NCBI GenBank assembly: GCA_977020255.1
Contig: CDROCS010000960.1
Location: forward strand, 558,001 to 622,000
DNA: 64,000 nucleotides
Source: Obrimoposthia wandeli
Taxonomy: Eukaryota
Direction: 5' to 3'
Shown: positions 22,060 to 35,199 of the stretch, piece by piece
How the letters are laid out: each line of letters begins with the position of its first letter
Numbering within the stretch: the first letter of the stretch is position 1
Position numbers and translations under genes: made by a program
Notes under the pieces: model-generated
What the model was told of the DNA's origin: nothing
Database searches by the model: none
What the model saw: the letters and a program-made list of their open reading frames with translations, nothing else

Positions 22060-24570
22060 ATGGCTGACCTAAGAAAATATCTAAGCATCAAAGAAGATGC
22101 AACGCTCGTCGGAGATGAAGAAAACGGGTGTTCTCGATCTGCTCCCAAATGTCAGACGATCGATAATTACAGATTGGAGAAAGCTCTAGACATGTTTGAT
22201 AAAACGAAGAAAAAAGTTGTCATAGAAAAGATTCTTAAGGTTTCCAGAAACAATCAGAACTATTTTATGAAGATATATCGTGATCATGCAAACATAGTTC
22301 CTCAGAATGTTCGAGTTATCAAACTCATCAATGACCCAAGCATCACTCCGAGATTGATTGAGCATTTCCCTGAAGGTAACGACTACGTTGTGGTCCTGGA
22401 GTTCCTGGACAGTCCTTGGTTGGACTATTTTGATTATACAGAAGAATACAAACCAGAAGCCGTAGTGAAGCGACACATTCTGAGAATCTTGGAGATTTCC
22501 GAGCATCTCTTTACTCTCGGATTGTACAATATTTTTTTCGACCTCGAAAAAATCATGATCAACCCGAAAACTGAAGAAATCAGATTTACCATCTTTAGCT
22601 TTTACATTATTGACACAATTTCTCAGGATCCAGTTTCTAATACTCGATTGGGCTTTTCAGATACTTACTCCAGTCCCCAGCGGTGTCGAAGAGAAACCTT
22701 CAACGTCAAGGCCAATATGGTCTTCATGTTTGGAACTGTTTTGTTTTCCATATTTGAGCTTAAAGATTTGTTTCAATCACCTGAAGAGATAATGAACTCT
22801 TACCATGTTCAATTTAATCGTTGTTCTTTCAGAGTACAATCACTAATCAAAAAGTGTGTCACAGGGAATGAATCAGATAGAATCATATACGAAGATATAA
22901 AGAACGATTCGTGGTTCTTTGAAAATAATAAGGATGCCAATTACAAAGCAGTTTCATTCTGTAAATCGAGCGAGAAATATGAAGTTCTGCAAATAATAGT
23001 TGATAATATAAGAGCAAAGGTTATGAAGATGTCTTTGAACAACAAAGTCTATTTTCTAAAAGTATTTCTTAAACGTGAGCCAATTGTGCCAGCTGAGGTC
23101 CAAGTTATCGAACTCATCAATGACACAAGTATCACCCCGATATTGATCGAGCACTTCCCAGAAGGAGAAACCTACATTGTGGTTACTGAATTCTTGGACA
23201 GTCCATGGATGAGCTATAGAGACTTTACCAGAAACTATAGGCCTGAAAATATGGTGAAGCGACATATGCTGAAAATCTTGGAGATCACAGAGCACTTGTT
23301 CACTCTCGGTCTCTATAACGTCGACTACAAACCCTGGAATGTTATGATCAATTCTGAGACCGAAGAAATAAGATTTATCGACTTTGATGATTATATTTTT
23401 GACGATATGTCACAGGATCCGATTTCTGGTTCTCTTTGTGGCACGACATTACTTTCAAGTCCCCAGTGGTGTTTGGAGCAGACCTACAATGTAAAAGCCA
23501 ACATGGTCTTCACATTCGGAGCGGTTTTGTATCATATATCAGAGCTAAAATATGCATTTAATAATTCCGAACAGATTATTAACAAACAAGACATTCGATT
23601 TTATAATTCCTCACTCAAACTCCAAACGTTAATAAGAAAATGTATATTCAAAGAAGAATCCAAAAGAATCAAATACGAAGATATCAAGAATGATCCGTGG
23701 TTTGATGATGAGAATCAAGAATCTTTAGAAAATTCACTTGTCGAAAATAAACATTGCAATTTAAGCTCGAAATATCAAGAGCTAGAAACATTATATGTGA
23801 ATAAGAAAACAAAAGTTGTCATAGTTTCTTTGAAAAATGAGTTGTGTCTGAAGAAGGTATTTCATAATAGTGCATATACAATTCCAGAAGAAGTTCAAGT
23901 CATGGAGCTTATCAACGACACAAACATCACCCTTAGATTGATTGAGCACTTCCCTGAAGGTAGCGACTATGTCGTTATCACGGAGATCCTGGACAGTCCA
24001 TGGATGACGTATTTCGAATATTCATCAGAATTCGTATCCGAGGAAGACTTAAAGCGACATATTCTGAGAATGCTAGAGATTACCGAGCATTTGTTCACGC
24101 TCGGATTGTACAACATGGGCTTCAGCTCCGAGAATATCTTGATCAACTCCGAGACTGAAGAAATAAGATTTCTTGAATTTGACTGTTATTTGTTCGACGC
24201 AGTGTCCCACATTCCTGTATCAAAGGTTAGGTTGGGAACAGAAATATTTTTCAGTCCGCAAATGTGCAGAAAAGAAGTCTACAGTGTGAAAGCCAATATG
24301 GTATTCACGTTTGGAGCAGCTTTATTCTCTATTTTGGAGCAAGGGACCAATTCATCGTCAACACCTTTAGAAATTATTGAAAACTTCAAAGTACCATTCG
24401 TTATGTCTTCTCACAAAGCTGAAAATCTGATTAGAAGATGTCTCGCCAAGGAAGAGTCAGAGAGAATCAAATACGAAGATATAAAAAAGGATCCCTGGTT
24501 CTCTACTATCTGTGAATCAACTAGTTCATCTGAAATAGACAGAATCAGTGACATTTTAAAGAAATTGTAA
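22060..24570 (+). CDS. Intronless protein with three tandem Ser/Thr kinase-like domains (836 aa from ATG 22060)
   Basis: Three repeats of LIND..IT..LIEHFPEG...EFLDSPW...EIRF...SPQ...KANMVF.FG...RI.YEDIK.D.WF; the middle domain has DYKPWN and DFD. Confidence 0.9.
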   Translation: MADLRKYLSIKEDATLVGDEENGCSRSAPKCQTIDNYRLEKALDMFDKTKKKVVIEKILKVSRNNQNYFMKIYRDHANIVPQNVRVIKLINDPSITPRLIEHFPEGNDYVVVLEFLDSPWLDYFDYTEEYKPEAVVKRHILRILEISEHLFTLGLYNIFFDLEKIMINPKTEEIRFTIFSFYIIDTISQDPVSNTRLGFSDTYSSPQRCRRETFNVKANMVFMFGTVLFSIFELKDLFQSPEEIMNSYHVQFNRCSFRVQSLIKKCVTGNESDRIIYEDIKNDSWFFENNKDANYKAVSFCKSSEKYEVLQIIVDNIRAKVMKMSLNNKVYFLKVFLKREPIVPAEVQVIELINDTSITPILIEHFPEGETYIVVTEFLDSPWMSYRDFTRNYRPENMVKRHMLKILEITEHLFTLGLYNVDYKPWNVMINSETEEIRFIDFDDYIFDDMSQDPISGSLCGTTLLSSPQWCLEQTYNVKANMVFTFGAVLYHISELKYAFNNSEQIINKQDIRFYNSSLKLQTLIRKCIFKEESKRIKYEDIKNDPWFDDENQESLENSLVENKHCNLSSKYQELETLYVNKKTKVVIVSLKNELCLKKVFHNSAYTIPEEVQVMELINDTNITLRLIEHFPEGSDYVVITEILDSPWMTYFEYSSEFVSEEDLKRHILRMLEITEHLFTLGLYNMGFSSENILINSETEEIRFLEFDCYLFDAVSHIPVSKVRLGTEIFFSPQMCRKEVYSVKANMVFTFGAALFSILEQGTNSSSTPLEIIENFKVPFVMSSHKAENLIRRCLAKEESERIKYEDIKKDPWFSTICESTSSSEIDRISDILKKL

Positions 24571-25413
24571 TCAACTGAAGAATTTATTAAATGTTTTAAC
24601 AATTTTTTTTTGTGAAATATTCTTTTTTCTTTCATTACTTGCTTGTAATTTTTAGTATATTATTTTACCATTTATGACTGAAGGGTAAATTTATATCACA
24701 GATTTCTTTTAGTATTTTAAAATTTACGTTTTTGTTGAAAAGCAATTTGATTTTAAAAATGTTTGCTCCCTATTTTAAACTAATTATTTTAAAATATATT
24801 TATACATTTATAAACTTATCTATTTGTTAATTCGAATTAAAATTATTGAAATTATTAATTATTATTTAAGTATTAAGTATTTCTTGATAAAAATTATCGG
24901 TATGCGTATAGATCAACCAATTTATCTTCCAGTTGCTATCTTTTCTATAAACAATATTGAAGTAAATATTAGAGATGATTCCGGACAACTAATAGATTTC
25001 ATGTAGGGAGCCAAGACAAGTTTAACAATACATTTAAGAAAACAAAATGGCGAATCCAGCAATAATTGAAGCTTATAGTCAAAGCCAACAAGGTGGAGAA
25101 TTACCATATTTTGTTGATAAACAATATGGATCTGGCTGGTTTAGAACATTAGGTATTTGCCTTTCCTCTTTTAAAGAGACTCGGGCGATTTGTATCAAAA
25201 TTAGGAAAGGACTACCTTTCATCTGATAACAATAAACTAATACAAACTTTTAAGAAGCATGCCCTAAATGAACTTGATAATGTTTTACCTGACGTTGTTA
25301 ATTTGATTAGAAAAGGTAAATCAAATAAAAGCTAAGAAGGTAGTGGATTTAAACGTAAAAAGAAGCAAAATTTAATATAAACATAAGAAAGTTGAAGGAA
25401 CAATTTTTGTAAA

Positions 25414-26635
25414 ATGAGTTGCTCCAAAACCGAAATGTGTAATTTTGATAAACCACAACTAGTGGAAGATAATGCTTCCTTTGAAGAAAAATTTCTAGTT
25501 AACTCAGTTTCAGGAACCACTTTAACCGATTTAGAATTTAATATTAATGGTTCCAATAGCGAGTATTTAGATTTGAATGAAACTCTGCTTTATGTTCAAA
25601 TAAAAGTATTAAATCGAGATAGTACTAATTTAGAGGAAAATGCCGATGTAACATCTTTAAATTATCTATTTAATTCTTTATTTAGTGATGCCATTGTTAC
25701 TCTTAATAATGTCAAAATTGAAGGTGGAAATTCTTTCTATGCTCATAAAGCTTTGATTGGAATTCTATTGAATTATAGTACTGATAATCAAAATACTAAT
25801 TTAGCAACCAATGGTTATGATAAAATGGCTGCAACTCGCCAAGAATGGATTGCAAAATCTAAAGTTTACGAAATGTGTGGGTCTATGAGATTAAATTTCT
25901 TTGAACAACCGAAATATTTAATTCCCGGTGTTAATGTACATCTTCGTTTGAAAGGTAATAAATATAATTTTTCTTTGATAAGCACAGACGTTCTAAAACC
26001 TAGACTTGATATTTTGGATGCAAAATTATATGTTCGAAGAGTGAAAACCGAGCAATCAGTTTTAATGGCACATAATATAGGAATGGAAAAAACGATGCTT
26101 GTTATCCTATAAGATAAACTAAACTTATAACCTACTCTTTAGGTACGGATACACAAGCTTTTAATAAGGATCAAATTTTGGTGATATAAAATTACCGAAA
26201 TTTGTTTTAATATCTTTTCAAAAAACTGCAAAGTATCTAGGAAATTATACGACAGATGTAACTCAAATTGCTAATCTTAATGTAGGTTCAGTGACACTTT
26301 CAAGAAATACCGATTATCGTGAAACATATAAAACAGATTTTGAAGGTAATGCTTATGCTTTGGCTTATACGCAATCTATTATTCGGAATTTGGGCCAACT
26401 AGATAAAAATATAAACAATGGTATTTCTTTCACTGAGTTTAAAAGCAGCTGCCCCTTCTTCACATTTGTTTTGGTACCAGACTTTGATATAAACCAATGC
26501 CAACTACCAAATGATGGAAATTTACGACTAGAAATTAAGTTCAATGCAGCTTTAACACATCCTACTACGGTGCTTATTTACGGAGTGTTTGATTCCGAAA
26601 TACAAATCAATAAAAACATAACTGTCATATTATAG
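25414..26635 (+). pseudogene. Polinton major capsid protein pseudogene
   Basis: ORFs 25414-26112 and 26291-26635 align with the 3032-4252 MCP (YLDLNET, KYLIPGVNVHLR, GNLRLEIKF). Confidence 0.9.
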
Positions 26636-26636
26636 A

Positions 26637-26938
26637 ATGAAGTAAGACATTTTTTAAATTTATATTTAATTATTTTTATTTAGTTAGTACAAGTACAAGA
26701 ATCAGCAAAGAAGGTCCTGGGTGATAAATTCAATGGAGTTTATCCAATTGATATGATCCCATTTTTTCAATCTGGAGGTTAAATAATCAATACTCATACT
26801 TCGAATTTACCGGTAGAACATTGGATAGCTATTTATGTTAGAGAGTGGACAATACATGTATTTGATCCACTTGCAACGTGTTATACACACAAGTTTGTTT
26901 CAACTGTTTAGAAAAGTCTAAGAAGAGTATTTTACAAC
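26637..26938 (+). pseudogene. Polinton protease pseudogene retaining the ATG-AA / intron start
   Basis: ATGAA then GTAAGA...TTAG, then KFNGVY...G*IINTHTSNLPVEHWIAI...FDPL; truncated before the catalytic Cys. Confidence 0.75.
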
Positions 26939-27339
26939 AAGTAAATATTACAAATATTTTGATGATCATTGGAGTGATGAAGTATTTGAAATTTCAAAAA
27001 TCAATTTGCATGCTAACCCCGTAATGTATAATATCATAGATGAGAATAAATGTCCAACAGAGGGAAATTTTTTTGAGCAAGAATTATAAGTTATTGATAA
27101 ACCAAAAGTATATAGGATCCAAGGAATCATTAAATCTAATGGTCGAGGTAAGAATAAACAATATTACGTAAAGTGGCATGGATATAAAACACCAACATAA
27201 ATGAAAGCGAACCATATAGAGTTAAACATTCCTATATTGTATTACCACCTTATATTTGTTTAAACATTCAACTTAAAATACAAGGCAAATATATTATAAC
27301 AAACAAAATAAAGTAATTCAGTTAATGTATAAGCTTTTT

Positions 27340-28239
27340 AAATCATGATCTTTTTGTTTTTTCCAAGGCATCAACATTACGAGCTATCATGTTTGCAATG
27401 ACTTCCATATCAATCTGGCCTAAACAAAGTTTTATGCGTTGCTTAATTCACCGATGAGTTTGAGCCTTCCATCCATTCTTAAATACCTTAACATTAAGCA
27501 ATCCCCAGAAATTCTCTTTTAGTCTTAGTCGATTTCAAAGTCTGCAAAAGTGTCCATTGTCAGTCGTTCAATAGGACCCGAACAAATAATGATCATCATT
27601 GTGTTATTGTTGAATGAATGGAAGCAATCTCTCATTTATGCAGATTTTTGAATAAATCTCTTTATTGACTGCAATTCCTGTCCTTTGAAATAAAGGTTCA
27701 GAGATTCCTTGTTCACCAATGGCCACTCAAAGACGCACCTTTTTTATATTTTATAGTGTCAGAAAATCTGAGATTAACATGAGCATCACACGAGCATCAC
27801 CTCGAGCATTACCATAGTAATAGCTATTACCAGGTAGTTTATCATGTCTGAGTATAAAATACGACTCCTCATCCATGATAATGGAGGGGATTTTGTCTTT
27901 TCTTATCTGCGTAAAATGTTTAGAGATTCTTACGTGTTTGAACTTATCTCTGATTTTCAGTGGTATAATGACGCCTTTCCTTTTTGCATGCATGTTCTTT
28001 GCAGATATTTGCCTAATAAGTATGATCAATTTCATACTTTAATACTACTTCACGCATTGACGAACAGCTTGACTGTATCTTTTTGAATATTTTCTTGACT
28101 TTTATATCATTCATCTTCTCATCTACTTCGCCCGATCCTTGTGCCCTCTAAGATAAATTTCGCTTGATGATTCATGAGGATGATATAGGCAGTATTTAAT
28201 TATTACATATCTTTGTTGTTGTTCATTTAAGTTCTCCAT
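27340..28239 (-). pseudogene. Tc1/mariner (IS630-Tc1) transposase relic
   Basis: IIMDEESYF (first catalytic D region), GISEP, ENFWGLL...VFKNGWKA; several stops and frameshifts. Confidence 0.7.
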
Positions 28240-28512
28240 TTTTTGCGATAAATCGATAAGTTGATTAAAATGATTGGTTAAAACAAAAGTATTTTTAATA
28301 AAACACCATATATTGCAGTTGATTCCTTGACAACTACTAGCTGCATTGACTGTCGACAAACTCCTGTTCTAGCAGTCTCTTCATTGAAGTCAACAACAGT
28401 GTCATACCCAATTAAAGTTTCTGTATAAACATAAAAAAACAAACGAATTAAATAATCCAATCCCATTCGTAGCCTTTATTCTCCTGCCTCGTCTCACGAG
28501 AGTCTGTGGCCT

Positions 28513-29304
28513 TCAGAATACTTCAGGTATTGTATCGTCTGCAGTAGGAGTCGGAATAACGGAAGGAGTAAGAACATCACATTCGCCTGTGAAGATATAC
28601 CAGTCATCTTCGTCCAAACCAGCTATGATTGGGTCGTTCTTGGCTATAGTACTGTTGTGTACAGGGAGACTTGGGGTGTCCCACTCGTCGAGGAAAGGAT
28701 TGAGATCCTCGCCCTCGTCAAACTCGACCATGATACTGTCGCTGATTTGTCGGGCTACAGTATCGCATGGGAGAACCGGAATCACGCCGTCCTATTCGTC
28801 GATGAATGGAGTCAGATCCTTCTTCTGTGTCGGCGGTATGAAACTCGTATTATTCGCCGTTTGTTCTTCGGATAGGTCCTCGTCAGAGTCTTGAGTGAGG
28901 ATTGTCTCTGGCTATGACAACGGAATCAACTTCAACAGGGGTTTGATGCCCGCCTCGATATTGTCGAATGTATTGATTTTCGTCGATTTCCTTGCTGCTT
29001 TAGCCGAAGTTGATGGACGAGGTACTGCATTCAGTCAAGTAGTACAATCTTCAATCGACTCCTGACTAAGCAGGGCGATATATTAAGATTTATGTAACTC
29101 TCCTATTGGTTATCTCGGAGTCGAAGTGGCGAAAGGATTATTCATCAGCTTTTTCCTTACTCCTTGTCTCACCACCATCGAGTCTTGACTAATTAAGTCA
29201 ATATACTGCGACGGTGGTAGCGTTTGCTGCTGTACCGGAGAGAGATCTCCATACAGCTGCACTTCCATCTCTTCGTCTAGGTCAACGCTGTTGTAAAATA
29301 GCAT
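28513..29304 (-). pseudogene. Unknown acidic protein gene, frame intact but five in-frame stops
   Basis: Single frame of 264 codons from ATG 29304; internal repeats SQYIDLISQDS / S*YIALLSQES and DLTPFIDE*D / DLNPFLDEWD; TATATAAG 35 nt upstream. Confidence 0.6.
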
Positions 29305-31689
29305 TTTTAATTTATGAAAAATAATGAAAAGAAGTCTCCTTATATACAGACTAACCCTCTTTCATAGTCCAATGAGAGAGTTTATTTAAATAATTTATTT
29401 GAAAATACATAGTTTTTGACTGTCTATGTTCAATTAATTTATTCAAAAAATGGATTGTATTGAGTTAAAAAAACCCTTATACAATTCTTAAAGTCATATA
29501 TAGTGATTTAGTGGCAATGGTATGCAGACACATTGGGAAATTTCAAAATCTAAATGGTAAGCCAAGAATCGTAGGAACCTACTGGAAATCGCTGATGAAG
29601 GAATTCAAGTATCCTATGTGCTTAATCTTTGAATTTCAGTTCACCACCTTAACCACCAACAGTAAACTGCTCTTATGCAGATGAAAAATTTATGTATGCC
29701 TGAAGACATGTTTAGATTTTTTTATACATATGTAGTTTGAGTAATATAGGGAAGTATCAGTGAGTGTAAACGAATAAAGTTAAAGAAATAACTGTGGAGG
29801 CTGAAAGGCTTTTTTTGTGCGATAAAGTTGAGAAAAATGTATAGTATATGTAGTATACACGTGTAGTTAGAGTAGTGAGGGGGGTATATGTAGACGGATG
29901 TAGTTAATGAAAATGCTTAGCGGTAATTAGATTGGATACACATGCCCGCAATTTAACTCCACACATATGCACGGTTTCATTTTTTGAAGATCGTTTTACT
30001 TGGAACTGATTTAGTAACAGACTATTGCCATGGATCAGAAAGACAAGTAACAATGGACCAGTGAAATATCCCTGAGTAGTGTAGAAAAGCAAAATTTTAA
30101 AGCAAAAAAGCATTCCCAATAATTTGTAGTTTAAGATGAGCCCAATTTAAGTGAACAAGTTCCTCAAAAGATTAAAATTCAGTCAAAGTGAAGAACAGGA
30201 CAACGTTTGTCACCGGAGCTGAGTTGATAACAGGGATGAAACATTTATATGGAAGGAAATTACATGTGAGTCAACGATCGACTAAATGAAGTTCAGTGTG
30301 TGCTTCTTTTGATTACCGGGCATGATAAAAGTCAGCTTGACATGAAGGACGAGGAGGATATATAAATTGACATTTAGATTTGTCGTTAGATCTAAGTGTA
30401 TCTCTGCAAATAACAAGCACTAAATTATAAAATCTAATAATCATTTACCTTCAGAACCGAGGATTTCAATAACTTATTGCATTTAATAACGCTGTAAACC
30501 TAAAGATATATTCACTTCCAATTAGGGAATAAAAATAATTTTAACAATAATAAATTTAACTGTCGAAACCTTTATCATATAGATACATTATTGTTGAAAA
30601 TAGCTTGATTACTCCCTGAGATGAACAGTGCTGATCATTGATGCCGTGCGGGCGTAAGGTGTACTTTTCTTCTGACTTGTCAGTGTACATAATGAAGGAC
30701 GCAGAATGAGACAGAAGGCTTAACAGAGCACTTTCCTTCAGGACTTCGGAGGTTGAAGGCTTTTCAGCCTCATTGACTGCGCTACTGAGATACTTGGATA
30801 CTGTAAGGATGTGAGAGCAGGCTTCCTTTTTGCAGCCGAACGAGTGATCGGTGAGCAATGATGTGTTTGCCTGCGCATGTCATGTGGTCGTTGGAGAATC
30901 TTTTTGTAAGCTTTATCTAGGAGTCTTTGAGCCAATTCTTTGTTTTTCTAGATTGCTGAAATGGTTAAATACCACAACTCAGAGTACTTGAACTGGATGG
31001 TAGAAAGCCAGGCTCGAGAGAGGGCAGAAGCATCAGCTGGTATGTCAGTGTCTTAGACATAGGCCCTCGTTAACCTGTTTCTAGAAGTTACTTTAACTTT
31101 ATTTCACGAGGATTCAATAAGATCATCCCCTCGTTTGAATCAGCGTCATGCACAATTAAAGTGCACTCATTGATGAATGAAATCAGGTTGTCACTACATT
31201 CCATAAGGTTACTTGAGCAATCTTTACGGATTGCAGTGGTGTTTCGGATTTTTGGGAAATTCATCAGACCTGTAGAGTTTCCTATCCTGTATCAGCTCGA
31301 TTTCAATATGGCCTTTCATCAACCTCCATTATTTTGGGGAACATATAAATGACATTTGACTGGAAGATTCACAGTTGACCATGATAGGTGACTAAACTTG
31401 CAGTGATACGATTACCAGATTTGACAATTCAAATTAGTTGTCTCAGGTGACTCAACTAAGTCAGTGCAGGTCACCTTAGGTTAATTAACTTTATTTTAGA
31501 GTGTATTAAGCTCTAATTATTTGTGTAATTTTCTGATAATTTTAATTTGCCTCTTTATTTGTCAATTTCCTATTTCACTTGTTCTTTTCTGAACCTCAAA
31601 ATTATTATAATTAAAAAAAAAATTATATATTTAATAAATATTTTTCCTATTTATTCTATTTTAAATTCATAAAATTCATTTTTACTTCA

Positions 31690-33640
31690 TCAAACATTGG
31701 AGTGCGCATATTAAAATTCAACAATTCAACAACTTTATTTAAACTTTCTACAATCGATTTTACTTAGGCAACATCATGCAATCATAATCTCCATAACTTT
31801 GAAATGACCTAGGCCATTTCTTCTTTTTAAACAACTTTTTATATTTTAATATATTTTTATATTTTTAAATAGTAAGGGTCGGTCCTAAACATCCTCCCCC
31901 TTTGATCTAACTAGATCAACCTTAAACTAGCCTACCCCGATGCAGTTTCAGACCATGCCGGATCACTCTTTGATGTAGTTCCAGATCATGCCGGATCGTG
32001 CGTCACCGTCTTTTATTTTTCATCGTACTCCTCACGCCTCACATTCTAGCTTACAAAGAAGTCCGATCGACTTTTCTTCTGTCTTTGTCCCAATCTTCAC
32101 CGTTGTTACTCTCCCCTTCTTATCTGTTCCCGGACTGACCTCTACAACTCTCCCCAACTTTCACTGCCACCCTCTCACTTTGCTTATCAATAACCCAGAC
32201 CATAGCTTCATTCTTCAACGGCGTACGTTCCTGATTCTACCGTTGTCGAGGTACCCACATTGTCACAATCTCCTCCATCCATCGTTTCCATAGCTCTGTC
32301 GTCAACCTTTGTACGAACCTCCAACGCTGTTGTATACCACACTGTTTTCCTACAAAACCCGTTTCTACGTGTGCCTCGCCTATCAAAAAATGATTTGGTG
32401 TCAACGCCTCGCTCTCCTTCGGATCTATACTTTTTATCCCAATCGGCCATGAATTTATCAACGCTTCGGCTTCAATGAAGATTGTTGTTAACTCTTCGTC
32501 ACTAATGTCCGCGTTCTTCAGTAGTTTAAATATGGCCTTTTTTGCACATTTCACCATAATTTCAAAAACTCCTCCAAAGTGCGGTGTATAAGGTGGGTTA
32601 AACACCCATTCGATCTCAACTTTTTCTAATTCTTTCTTAATACTGTACGTATCTTGTATAAAACTCTTAACATCTGCTACCGCTCCAACAAAATTCTGCC
32701 CGTTATCCGATAAAAAACATTCTTGGTCGTCCTCGCCTTCCAATGAAACATTTTAACGCTCTGATCACTCCATCCGTTGTTAAATCATATGCGACTTCCA
32801 AATGCATTGGACCTCCGCCGCTGCATAAAACACTATTTGCACCTTCGTTGTACCTTTTTCTCGCCCGACAACCGGAAAATGTGGTAACAACCTGGATATG
32901 GCTCTCGATGACGGCCCTGTACTCCAATCTCAACCGCGTGTCCTTGTCTAGGCTTCTCTCCAAACTCTTCTGCCGCTGGTTCGCCATTTTACCACGGTAG
33001 GCTGACTTCATACCTTCCTTCAACTTCTTTTATGTCGAGTCGTGTTTCTTTTAATACCCTTTCGTCGTTATAACTTAACTTACTTTGGAGATTTGATACG
33101 GATTCTACTTCCCAGAACTTTCCTATATTAAATTCCTCCGTTTTGATTTGGGTTCCAAAATAGGTGTGGACCAAATTTGTGTGTTGTTCACCTCTATTAG
33201 CTCCTTGTGCCTGACCAATAGAAGTCCATCCCAACGGTGTCAATCTTGCTATCGGGGCACCTGGTCCTCTTCTCACTTCTTTAAGGGCACTCTGCAATTC
33301 GATGTTGTAAGCACCCAGAAATAACTCAAATTTTCTCTTTACGTTTACCGCTGGGAATTTATACCCTCCAAATGCCTCCACCTTTTTGCTTCTACTGACC
33401 AATTTATTACCTCTAAGTCTCAGTAATCTCTGGTACTGTTAATGCGTTGATTAGCTTCACATATTTTCGATCCGTGCTCCCTAATTCTATGTTAACTTCA
33501 GCACAGTTCATCGTTTCCACGTTTCCTCCAATGACCCCCACCTGAATACTTTGTTTTTGTCCTGACACTCTTAGCGTTGGTGACAAATCCTTACTAATAT
33601 ATGAGCGTGTGCTGGCATCGTCTAACAAAAGTCCAGATTT
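31690..33640 (-). mobile_element. Internally deleted BEL/Pao LTR retrotransposon fragment with PPT and 3-prime LTR
   Basis: Protease LLDDASTRSYI; TPLGW...RYEVSLPW; integrase SDNGQNFVGA, PHFGGVFEIMVK, LTPNHFLIG; PPT AAAGGGGGAGGA (31892-31903) followed by TGTT at 31891; RT/RNase H absent; far LTR end uncertain. Confidence 0.85.
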
Positions 33641-35199
33641 AAGGTTGAAAAAATTTAGCCAAAATGTACCTATTTTATGTCTCAAAACTGCTATATTTGC
33701 TCGACAGAAACATCTAAAACTCCAGTAACGTCTGCAATCCCTTTGAAAACTATGAAAGTTTCATTCAATTTTAATCCAAATGGATTTAAATGTCATTTGG
33801 AGTTGAAATGTATGTTTATTACGTATCAAACTATGATTCAAGACTCCACAAAATATGATATTAACTGACAGAAAAGTATGTAAATAAATCAAAATATGAA
33901 ATTGTATAAAAATAATCCCTAAGATTAAAATTTTGCAGTAAAGCAAATGAACTGCATTGTTTTGTTTGTCTCGTGCATTAAATATATACCGAATAAAATA
34001 GACTCATCTACTTTCCTGGAAATGTTAGCTAATATATTTCGTTGTAAGTTCATTTTTTAACAATTGTCATTTTATATTTTAAAAAATGCCGTAGATACTT
34101 AAGTACAGATGTTTTTAATTTACTTTGATTAAACAAATGCAGTTTATTGAAATTACAGATTAAAGATAAAATCAATATTCGCTCCTGTAAAAATTTCACA
34201 TTTTAATGCTTTTATGTATTTCACTTAAAATAAATAGCAACTTGAGCTATTTAACAACAATAGCGAGAGATTATTTATCTGAAAATAATTTTATTACTGT
34301 TTTAGTTTTGTTTTTTAAAGTTGGAATTATAATAAGTCTCCTCGAATAGCGAAATTTAAAAATCCTTATCTCGAAAAATCATCTTTAACAAGTATGAAAG
34401 GACTTCAAAACTTATATGTGACGTTTCCATTTAGAATGACAGTATATATTTGAAGGGAGTATCTCAATCTTGTTTTGTGTCTCCAAATCAGGCATTAAAT
34501 AGATCCATTAGTAATTGGAGATATGTAGAACCACCTTATTTTGCTAATAAGAAATTAAGAAATCTCAATTTTGTTTAAAAATCTAATAAAAATTCTTATA
34601 TGACACTTGAGTAGAGATATGTGAGGGTTTAACACCGATATTATTGATTTTTCAGGCTCTTCTATCCCACCTTCCACATAGTCTATATTGATAACATTTA
34701 TGACTCTGAAGCCTAACTTAAAAATGATTCGTACCTATTCATACAAAACTTATTACATAATAATGTAACCGTTTTTTAATATCAACCCACACATGATAAG
34801 ATATAAATTTTTCTTTCTTTGTAGCAAATATAAACGCATTGATATAATATTAGATAATAATGAAAAAGAATAGTGTAAAATGATTATATATAAACATTCA
34901 CAGAAATTAAGTTTTTTTATATTCTAAAAAAATGTACTGTCAACTTTGTAGAATCGAAACTATGCATGAGTATTCATTCAATGCTCTACTAAATAAAAAA
35001 CAACACAAGGAATGTAACATTTTTAAAAACCTTTTAATAATTCTAGAAAATATGCTTTGACAGTTAATCAATATAAATATGCGATCAAATAACAACATTT
35101 AGCATAATCTTTTTCATTCTAACAGACAAATAATACAATGCAGTCAACATCGAGGAACAACTACATCAATTAATCATTTAATGCAAGATATTCTTATAA

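Larger units (their letters stand above)
24890..27200 (+). mobile_element. Degenerate Polinton relic of a divergent subfamily (penton end, cupiennin-like, MCP, protease, integrase C-terminus)
   Basis: NIEVNIRDDSG...TSLTIHLRK; QQGGELPYFVDKQYGSGW; MCP fragments; HTSNLPVEHWIAI; WSDEVF...YYVKWHGY; stops and frameshifts throughout. Confidence 0.9.

Noticed and set aside
28513-29304. Alternative genetic code (TAA/TAG read as Gln)
   Set aside because: Stops imply different residues (Gln, Trp), and long genes in the window (kinase, polB, MCP) have no in-frame TAA/TAG and end on standard stops
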